From NCBI GenBank assembly GCA_024626585.2, contig JANKJI020000004.1, forward strand, positions 63,537,678-63,562,973: a DNA stretch of 25,296 nucleotides, in the 5' to 3' direction. The translations under genes and the position numbers were made by a program. Source of the DNA: Ginkgo biloba (Eukaryota > Plantae > Ginkgophyta). Shown here piece after piece: positions 10,964 through 20,789 of the stretch (position 1 is the first letter of the stretch; each line of letters begins with the position of its first letter). The notes under the pieces were generated by a model. It made no database searches. It saw only the letters and a program-made list of their open reading frames with translations, and was not told where the DNA came from.

Positions 10964-13608
10964 CTCATATATATGTGAGATATACATGTTAAGTAACAAG
11001 TTCATTTTTATAGATGTAAAAAACATAGTTATCCCCCCAAAATGTTAAGAAAATGCAATGCTAAGAAGAATTATATCAAACACATAATCCAAACACTATG
11101 TTTAGAATTGTGGATCAAAACAACACAATTAGCCCATAAATCTATACTATAAGCAGCTAGAAAAAATACACTTGAGCATACATTTTATTGGAATGTATCT
11201 AACCATATATACTTTATTAGGTGATATTCATTACATTCCATATCATGTTAAGATAATAACTCCTCTTAAAGAAATCCAAAAATTACTTTTGTAGATGGGT
11301 TTCCCTATTCTCTGATATGATTTTATCTCTTACATATTCAAAATTAGGAAAGAAATGGAGCCCGATCAATGTTAGAAGTTGGCAGGCCATTTTTCATTGT
11401 CTGTGACTTTTTCTACTTCTTCATAGCTTCTCNNNNNNNNNNNNNNNNNNNNNNNNNNNNNNNNNNNNNNNNNNNNNNNNNNNNNNNNNNNNNNNNNNNN
11501 NNNNNNNNNNNNNNNNNNNNNNNNNNNNNNNNAAAGGTTGTTAAGTTCCTTTTGTTAAAACATTTTAAGCTTTTGGTTAAAGCCAAGTGTGTATCCTATA
11601 TACAAAATAAATAATTTATTAAAAATTAAAATTATTTGAAAATAAAGATTATTTAATAATAAATGATAAAAAAAGAAAAATGTAGAAATAAAATATGTTC
11701 TTCTCTACTTTATAATTTTAATTAATTTATACAAAATAAAATACTATAAAATGAAACCTTAATCATGGTGCAAATATAAAATGAACTTCTTATTTTCTTT
11801 TTATTAAATGAACGAAAATTTGTGTAGGGAAAAATCATTGAATAATAGTCTAGATGTAGTATGAAAGCGAGATGGATAGACCAAAATTGAGTTATAAAAA
11901 TAAAAAATAATAATTTCTAGAAGTAACATAGAAAAGCTATAAAATCATAACTCTTCTTAAAAAGATAAGGAAAAAAAAAATGTATTTATAGATTCTAAAT
12001 TTTTTGAGAAAAGTTATTATAAAATGTAGAAAAAGTAGATGATTATTGAGAAAAATTATATATTTTCTACATTTACATGGGTTGTTAATCCATGACACAA
12101 AAGTTAGGAAATGCTAGAAATAGACACAAAAATACTTAGAATTAAACTGAGTGGAAGAGCTAAAATGTTGACAAGTAAAATTTAAGATGATTAGTATAGT
12201 ATTACCTTTCAAAATAGTTGATGATTAAAGGTTGTAAGATCATCTTAAGTAGTCAATACCCTCTCTTTATAGAAGATGTGCCCTAAATTCTTCATTTTGG
12301 TTTCCTCCAAAGATTATATAACTTGCAAAGACATATAAAACCAAACCTTCCTATGAAAATATATGTCATTTAGATATAAAAAGAAAGACACAAATTATGC
12401 ACATAACTTAGTATTTTAGAAGGAATCTTACTAAACTAGCTTGATGATGGTTTCTCTATAATGTGATTTTTCTTCTTCTCTAAATGGTAGTATCCTCAAC
12501 AAGGGAATGTAGGGTTTAAATAGAAGACAATGGCTATGTGATGAGAGTCTGGGATATATATGATGTAAGATATATATCCAAAATGGTTAGGAAATAGGAC
12601 GACCATCAATATAAGAATAAAATCCAAGGGTTATAAGATAAAGAAAGCAAATATTAAAGAATAATGATCCCTCATATGAGATTTGGCCTTTTCTTCATAA
12701 ACCATAAGGAGATATGGTCAATGGTTATGATGTCACTATGAGATTTGAATGGAATATGATAATTTATCAATAAGGAACCTAAAGGGCATATTTAAAGGCA
12801 TTTCTTCTGTGTTTAGAATTTTGTGAGCTTTTGACATGTGGCAATCTTTGTCACATTCTTTCACATATCATGTTAATCACTTTTTTCTTTTTTCAAATAA
12901 TCATAAATATTAAATAATCATAATATTGCTTTCATATTCATATCAAGAAAATAATTTATTTGAATAGTGAGCCCATCCTTCATATTCAAGATAAAGTAAG
13001 TACAAATTATCAATAACTTACATAATCATATCAAAAGAATAGAAAAGATGTCTATTAGTGCATTCTAACACCAATACAAGATGTTGTAAAAGTAATAGTA
13101 ATAATTTTAAGTGTATTTCAACTCTAATAGTTTTCATAGTCACAATTTAGTAATATGCAAATGTATGATATGTGTCATAAGATAATGAAAATATTGTAAT
13201 TTCGAAAAAAAGTCAAGATACCTATCATCGCATCGAGTGGTGTGGTGGTGGTGGGCTGAGTAGGTTTGCACGGCAGCGAGATAGGTTTGGAAAGCGCTCA
13301 TCGCCAAACTGAATACTGCCCCACCCCAACGAGACCGAGCGCGAGCCATGGCTTGCAGAAATATTCACCCCACATCGGTACTTTTGTTTTGCTTCTGTAT
13401 TGTCCAGTCTATTGGCATACATGATGATGTGATGCCGGAAATCAGAAATACATATATTTTTTATTATTGAAGAAATCAGCCGCTTCCTCATCATCACTCC
13501 TCAACCGCTGTCAAGTCATTCCTCAACATCATACATAACCTGAAATTCCAAAAACATGATCATTAAACTCAACAAAAGAATTGATAATTATTATTCTGAT
13601 CCTCAAAA

Positions 13609-13834
13609 GATGTGCTGCATCTTGCAAGACGTATTGCGGGACTTGGATCGCCATAGACTGAGGTAGATCTCATGAGAAAGGGTTGGACAGGACTTCCATG
13701 CTTGCCAGACAGTATGAATAGAAGGAGGGCGACTTTGTACAGCCGATTTCTGCTATTCATAGTGTCTAGCAATCGTGGAAGAACTGATAATCTGGACCCA
13801 TTTGGGGAACCTATGCTTCTTTCTGCAGCACATC
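13609..13834 (-). ncRNA. Candidate microRNA precursor (long foldback), family not recognised
   Basis: Ungapped 29-bp inner stem, 13693-13721 versus 13753-13781, with 25/29 Watson-Crick pairs; it extends imperfectly to 13688-13786 around a short loop. A perfect 11-bp basal stem forms between GATGTGCTGCA (13609-13619) and TGCAGCACATC (13824-13834). The strand is inferred from the TATA position and from G-U pairs in the middle stem. Confidence 0.6.
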
Positions 13835-13854
13835 GGACCAAAATCTGCGGATTC

Positions 13855-13998
13855 TGCACACAGCCATTGCCATTGCACACAGCTATTGCCATTGATCGTC
13901 TGTTCTTCTCCTCCTCTACAATCAATATATATATATATATAGATGCCTTCAACGCTCTTCTTAACTTTAACACAAGACAGCCATTGCCATTGCCATTG
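13855..13998. repeat. 19-bp tandem repeat (x2) and a related (CCATTG)3 copy flanking the (AT)n
   Basis: TGCACACAGCCATTGCCAT (13855-13873), TGCACACAGCTATTGCCAT (13874-13892) and ACAGCCATTGCCATTGCCATTG (13977-13998). Confidence 0.9.
13925..13941 (-). promoter_or_regulatory. (AT)8 run, possible TATA box for a minus-strand transcript
   Basis: On the minus strand CTATATATATATATATATTG is followed by a GA-rich leader (GAGGAGGAGAAGAACAG) and lies ~90 nt upstream of the foldback, an arrangement common at plant MIR genes. Confidence 0.45.
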
Positions 13999-14135
13999 TC
14001 GATACCAAGGAGAAAGAAAACGTGTTGGCTAAGAANNNNNNNNNNNNNNNNNNNNNNNNNNNNNNNNNNNNNNNNNNNNNNNNNNNNNNNNNNNNNNNNN
14101 NNNNNNNNNNNNNNNNNNNNNNNNNNNNNNNNNNN

Positions 14136-14822
14136 CAAGTAAAATTTGCATACAATAGTTTAGTGAACAAATCAATAGGATTGATAACTTTTCAAGTTGT
14201 GTATGGATAGGTTTTGAAGATCGTTGTGGACTTGGTTGATATTCCAAGCTATGAATAAATCAGTGATGATGTTAAGGCTATGGATAAATGCTTGAAGCAA
14301 GTTCATGAGTAAGTGATGCAATATTTGTCAGAGAGCAACACTAGGTATAAAAGTGTAGTAGACCAACATCGTAGACACAAGAAATTTAAAGTCAAAGATA
14401 TAGTTATGGTGTTCCTAAGAAAGGATATATTTTTTATAGGAACCTCCAATAAGTCATAGTATAAGAAGATTGGACCATATCAGATAGTCTAGAAGATAAA
14501 TGATAATGCTTACAAAGTGGACTTGTCGATAGAGTATGATATCTCACCCATTTTTAATGTCATAGATCTATACCAATTTTAGGGTGATGATTGACCAGAA
14601 GAAGCATTAGTTGATTGGAAACAATAAGTGCCAAGGAAGATGAAAGAGATAATTCAAGAAGTGCTAGATAAAAAGGTCATGGAGACTAGAAGGGGGAGCT
14701 ACGGTAAATATTTAGTGAAGTGGGATGGCTTACCACAAGAATACAACACTTGGATCATAGAGGAGGAGCTCAGAAGTTTAGATGAGGAGAAATAGAATAA
14801 TTTTGAAGATAAGTATTTGTAG
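14136..14822 (+). mobile_element. Degenerate Ty3/gypsy chromovirus integrase C-terminus with GPY/F module and chromodomain
   Basis: One frame with stops: QVKFAYNSLVNKSIGLITFQVVYG*...YKSVVDQHRRHKKFKVKDIVMVFLRKD...KKIGPYQIV*KINDNAYKVDLSIEYDISPIFNVIDLY...IQEVLDKKVMETRRGSYGKYLVKWDGLPQEYNTWIIEEEL. Confidence 0.92.
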
Positions 14823-14846
14823 AAGGACCTATAACTTTTTATAAGT

Positions 14847-15370
14847 AGAGGAGGAGGATGCAGGATCATCACAGTAGCACTTCAATAAAGTGCATAATTT
14901 TACAAAAAAAAATAGAGCTGACATATCGACAATGTATTTTGATAAATCGATAAGCATTATGGCGAGATCTTCATCAATCAAGTATACTGACATCATCAAA
15001 GATTGACACTGACATAAGTTGAGTATGGCCAACATTGTCGATGGAGCAAGGAAAGTGTGATCAACATCGTTAGGCAATTGATGACTGATATCGACATGAA
15101 AGGATGAGGACTAACATCATCTTATAGAAGATAATCGATAATTATGATATTTTGAACTCGAGATTTCTTAACATTAAGATAAAAGCATGGTCATGATTTA
15201 TAAGTGAGAAAGTGGTGTCAGAGAATGAGTCTTAGAAGGACGAGGAAGGAAGGTGCATAGGTGAATCTAACTTGCACATATTTTCAAGAACATTATTTCC
15301 ATCTACTTTTCTAGATATCAAAAGTCCTTTGAGAAATATTAGGACTAATAATTATAGTTGTAAAAGTAAT
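14847..15370 (+). mobile_element. Polypurine tract (14847-14858) and start of the 3' LTR (TG at 14859)
   Basis: AGAGGAGGAGGA is immediately followed by TG just after the end of pol. The downstream sequence has recurrent ATCGA/GTCGA words. The LTR end is lost in or after the gap. Confidence 0.65.
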
Positions 15371-18300
15371 NNNNNNNNNNNNNNNNNNNNNNNNNNNNNN
15401 NNNNNNNNNNNNNNNNNNNNNNNNNNNNNNNNNNNNNNNNNNNNNNNNNNNNNNNNNNNNNNNTTATGATTTTAATGATGGTAACTTATTTCTTATAAAT
15501 TATATGGCATACACATGTTATTCAAGTGACTTTAGAGGCCTATGTCAGATATATGTATACGTGTGCCTATATTAGGTAAAGAAATTTATTCATGTATTAC
15601 TTTATGGTTATTTAATCATTACTTTTATCTTATGGGTACAAACAATGATATGACTCTTATCTTTACCTTTTTTAAAAGGCTAAAATTATTACAGTTGGTC
15701 ATAAATTGTAGCCTATAAGTAAGTATTCAACTCAAAAGATAAATCATGATATGAACTATAGTTATTAATTACAAGAATTAATTAATTTACAAAGGTGTAA
15801 TATAATTGATGCCTATTATGAAATTTGAATGATATTAATCATTCTTGAGATGGATCAATTGATAAATTCATATAAAAGGTACATTACATCATTACAAATA
15901 GTTTTATTTATTGAATTATGATTTACATCTTATCATGTTGTGTTGTCTTATAAATGTATGTTTTAGAGAGATCCTACTTACTACACATGAAATACCAAGT
16001 TTATAACTTAAGAGAGTGGATAATAAGTAGTATTCAATTCCTTAAAGTGATTTCTTATCTATTTCAATAAATCCTTATAAATACATGTTTTACTATTATC
16101 TAGTCATTATTCACTCCAATTTAAGGATGAAGGCTCATAGATATCCAATTTTATGATTATCATGATTTATATAAATCATTTTTTTTAATAAGTATATATG
16201 AAAGAATGCATGAAAATTGACTTAATAATAGGGAAAAAACATATATTTCTACATAAAAGGTATATTTTTTTTTACAATTTCTTACCTTCATGAATCTAAT
16301 AAAATTGGCAATTCTNNNNNNNNNNNNNNNNNNNNNNNNNNNNNNNNNNNNNNNNNNNNNNNNNNNATTTTAATTTAAATTAATTAATTAACATAATTTA
16401 TATTTGAAATTATAACTTATGCAACCATTTATAGTAGAAATATCGTCAATTAAAATTTGTACGACATACTTTACCCAATTTTATGATGAGGTGAATCAAG
16501 ATCATGACTTGGAAAATTCCCATCAATATGAACTTTCTCCTTGTGAACGAATTGTTATAAAATAAAATCATTATGAAATAAAATAAATATAATCAANNNN
16601 NNNNNNNNNNNNNNNNNNNNNNNNNNNNNNNNNNNNNNNNNNNNNNNNNNNNNNNNNNNNNNNNNNNNNNNNNNNNNNNNNNNNNNNNNNNNNNNNTCAT
16701 TTATAAAATATTATGAAATGAATCCACATGGATATAGGCAAGTCCCATCCTCATGAGCATGATGTGATATAAATAAATATGGAATAGTGTAGTAGAGAGA
16801 TATATGTATCAAGATTAATAACAATGTCTCATTTAAATACAACATCTATGCTACTTAACTATATATGAGACAAAATATGCTAGGGAGTGAGAGCATGGCT
16901 TAGGATCACTTAGTAAATAATCTATTGGAAAAGAAAATTATTATGTTTCTCATCAATAATTTGTTGATGTAATGATGGATGAAGTATAATCTTATTGAAA
17001 TGTACATTTGCAATGATGTTCTTCCACCATCAAGTGAACCATAGAGTATGAGGACGGATTTGTATACCCATCACTAATTTTATATCATAACAATAGCATC
17101 TGAGATATGAGCACCAAATAAACAAAAGTGAAAAATATCATCTATTGAAAATGCAATACAACAGTTAAATGATAAAATGAATACATAACTACCACAAAGG
17201 GAGTGAGTTGGTGCCCCACATATCCAAAACATAATAGGAAAATAACTATATGATGGAATTAAAATCTAGGACAAAATGAATAGTACTATTAAAGATTGAT
17301 AAATGGTAAGATATAGACTAGATATCTCTATAAAATCTATGCACTATGTAGTTACTGTGTCACAAAAACTCACACTAGACGCATTAAATATATTCTCAAG
17401 AAAACCTATAGATTTTTTAGAAAAATCCAGGGTTCAATAAATAAAATCTAAAGTGCATTCAACAAAAATTAGTGGTGCAATAAGAAAAAACTATGGCATG
17501 ATCAATAAAACCTATGGGGTTTCTAGAAAAAATTGCATACCACCAAGAAAATCCATACACACCATAAAAGTTAATAAATCATAATTATAGTGACTATAAA
17601 ATACCTTAAGGGACTCATCTAAGTCCAAAAGTTGCATGTAGTATCTCATAACATTAAAAATAATCAAATGATTTATAAAATATTCAAATTCATAATTATT
17701 ATTACAAATTAGGCATGAGTACCCTTATATAATTAAAATAGGCCTTAGATTAACCATTGCCATACCTCTAATTATTCTTTAACACACTTATCTAGAGTGG
17801 GATTATAATTACCTAAAAAACATGGGCCATCACTTATACCTATAGAATTATCAAAATTATCCATAACCATATGTATGTATGAGAGAACATAGTATAAAAT
17901 ACTTTTTTAATATTATTCCCCCTTGAAATGTGGTTAATCATTATTTAATCACAATTCTACACTTGTAGGACCATAAATTTAGATAAAATGGTCTCTTCTT
18001 ATCCATTCCATCATTTCTTGAAGTAATGTTACTTAAAAACATTGATTTAGGTGTTCCTGTATNNNNNNNNNNNNNNNNNNNNNNNNNNNNNNNNNNNNNN
18101 NNNNNNNNNNNNNNNNNNNNNNNNNNNNNNNNNNNNNNNNNNNNNNNNNNNNNNNNNNNNNNNNNNNNNNNNNNNNNNNNNNNNNNNNNNNNNNNNNNNN
18201 NNNNNNNNNNNNNNNNNNNNNNNNNNNNNNNNNNNNNNNNNNNNNNNNNNNNNNNNNNNNNNNNNNNATTATCATATGTTTATTTATCCTTTTTATTCTT

Positions 18301-20789
18301 TTTTTAATTAGTAACATTGTAGCTTCACATGCTATCATCTTATTTTCATTTTAGTATCCTTTTGATATGACACAAGAAATAGATTTGGTCCACTTATTGA
18401 TCAAGGCCTTACTACTACAACTTTAGGATAAATCCATCTTATAGTACACTCTTCTTCTTGATTTACATTAATCATATTCTCTTTTACCATTTTCATTTTT
18501 GTTGAAGTGATTTCTTCTAATATTATTCATTATATTATTCCTTTTAATTATTTTCTATCAAGCACCTTTTTAATCATGTTTTATTATTGTTCATCCCCAC
18601 CTTCTTCTTCATTATTTTCTTTCACTCTCATCATATACTTATCCTCCCTATTTTTATTTTATAACTTCTTATTATATCACTTCCTCCTATTGCTTGGTAA
18701 TAAGTGTATGCCTTATATTTAGGAACATTTTTCCTTTTTTCATATTTTTTTGTTATAAATGATGACTCTATAAATAGGAATATTTAATTAATTTAAGGAA
18801 AAAAAAATGAATGAGTAACTAGGTCCCACTATACTATATAAAATATATCCTTGTGTTTATCAATCCTAAACCACCAGTTATCACTAGGAATTAAAAAAGA
18901 TAAAACTTGGACTTTTGTATCATTTGAGATCCATATACATACTTTTAATATATATCAACCCTATGGGAAAACCAAAAAAAATACAACTTAATAAAACAAG
19001 GTTTTAATCTAATTAGTAAAGGGAAAATGGCTTAATTTGAATATAATATTCAATTTAACATTCGTTTGAGGGTTATCCCACCTAACTACCACACTTGAGA
19101 AATTATTTATAATATGGGTATTTTAAATCCAACCATCTTAACCATCACTATTACCTACCTTGGAGGGTTATGCTTTCTCTCAATTCTTGAACTTAAGAGA
19201 AAATTTCCCACTTAACTCAAGCCTTATAACCATATTTGAGCTAATTATAGAATAATAAGTCTCCACTTCATTAGGAATTATTAAATTTATTATGTAAGAT
19301 AAACCTTATAAATTATTCATTTCAAGGTGCAACCTTTGTATTTNNNNNNNNNNNNNNNNNNNNNNNNNNNNNNNNNNNNNNNNNNNNNNNNNNNNNNNNN
19401 NNNNNNNNNNNNNNNNNNNNNNNNNNNNNNNNNNNNNNNNNNNATATATAAAAGGGGGGAATGAAATTCATGTAAAGGGTTCAAAATTTTTAGGATTTTT
19501 TTGGATTTTCTACACTTAAATTTTTTTTTAGTGACTGAGAAGATGTATACTAGCAAAGAACTTATATTATAATTTCCCTAAAAGTGGAAAAAAATTTAAG
19601 ACAATTAATACAAAATAAAGAAAATATTTTCTACATTTAATTCTAGTTCTACAATTACTTGTGCATTTAAATTCATTTAGATCTATTATTGGATATAAAA
19701 GAGTTTGTGATTTAAAGTATTCTATTATGTAATTATTCTGATAATGTCATCCAATTAAAGTGTGGTAGAATATCAGAAGGGTCTTCCTCTCTTTCAGGCA
19801 TTTATTTAAAGTAATTACCAAATTTTCTACCCCATCTTATACTCATTACTGGATTAAAAGGGCCTGGCTCTGTCGACATATTTACTTCAGTAATAATCCT
19901 CCTCCTCTTTTCTCCCCATTATCTCTAACTATCATTTTTTTTTCCTTCTAGCTTGTTTCTATTTCCTATCATTGAGCCAGAACCACCCCTTTTGAACTAT
20001 TCATTGCATATTCTATGTAAATGTTACTTTTTCTTTTTTTATTTCATTCATTCTTTACAATAAGGGAATCCCCCCTATTTCATTCTGAGGGTTTATTGAC
20101 CCCTCACTATTTTCCTATCTTGATACTATTACTATGAGTTTTAGTAGTTCTATCCTTGTCCACCCTTTTTACTTTGAGTGTTAAGAACAACTGTCAATAA
20201 GTCCTAGATGATTTAGAAAATTCTATACCTGAATTAACTGGAAGGGTAATTAAGTGATGACTAGATAATCAAGCATCCCCTAATACCTTAACATGCAATA
20301 CATTTTCACCATAAAATCTAAAATCCCTAAAGGAAATTAGATGTCTATGAATTCTCCTTATTACTCTTTCCTTCATTTTCCTAAATATGGACCATGTGAA
20401 ATAAATCCTTGGGGTTTTCATTAGATATATATATTTTTAAAATACGTGCATATATAAATTATAAATAAAAATTGATACTTTGCAATCAAATCTTAAGTGA
20501 ATACCCTCTTCCACCTTAATTTGTGAATGTTATCTTATTGACCAAATTGGTGTGGTAAATAGTTTTACAGTTGTGCAAATTAAAGGGAATGCCTCATGTT
20601 TGATTATTTGGGTTATAAGGAACATGAATACATGTANNNNNNNNNNNNNNNNNNNNNNNNNNNNNNNNNNNNNNNNNNNNNNNNNNNNNNNNNNNNNNNN
20701 NNNNNNNNNNNNNNNNNNNNNNNNNNNNNNNNNNNNCCTATAGCTAATGATATTTATGTCATTATATGATGAGATAACAATAATTAAGA

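Noticed and set aside
12510-12518. TAGGGTTTA (reverse TAAACCCTA), like a telomerase RNA template or telo-box
   Set aside because: An isolated 9-mer in CpG-depleted AT-rich DNA, with no USE/TATA promoter or long-range closing stem visible.
12552-12579. Inverted repeat GGATATATAT-N8-ATATATATCC
   Set aside because: Low-complexity AT arms that are expected by chance.
13253-13280. Resemblance to SRP RNA helix 8 (..GCAGCGA) or the TPP riboswitch GCTGAG
   Set aside because: The flanking conserved elements (Alu domain; CCCTTTGAACCTGA) are absent.
13421-13543. C/D box snoRNA candidate (ATGATGA ... CTGA)
   Set aside because: No terminal stem, and no rRNA/snRNA antisense element that I can recognise.
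13792-13892. Partial similarity to miR395 (TTTGGGGAAC), miR166 (TCGGACCA) and miR536 (AGCTGTGTGCAA, minus strand)
   Set aside because: Only 8-12-nt matches with many mismatches over 21 nt, and they lie outside the well-paired stem.
13569-14142. Overlapping 189-aa (-) and 156-aa (+) ORFs across the hairpin
   Set aside because: They run through (AT)n, hexamer repeats and an N gap, show no recognisable domain, and are better explained as by-products of a GC-richer non-coding island. A short miPEP cannot be excluded.
15464-20636. AT-rich fragments between gaps, probably old TE debris
   Set aside because: No motif could be read with enough confidence to name a family.
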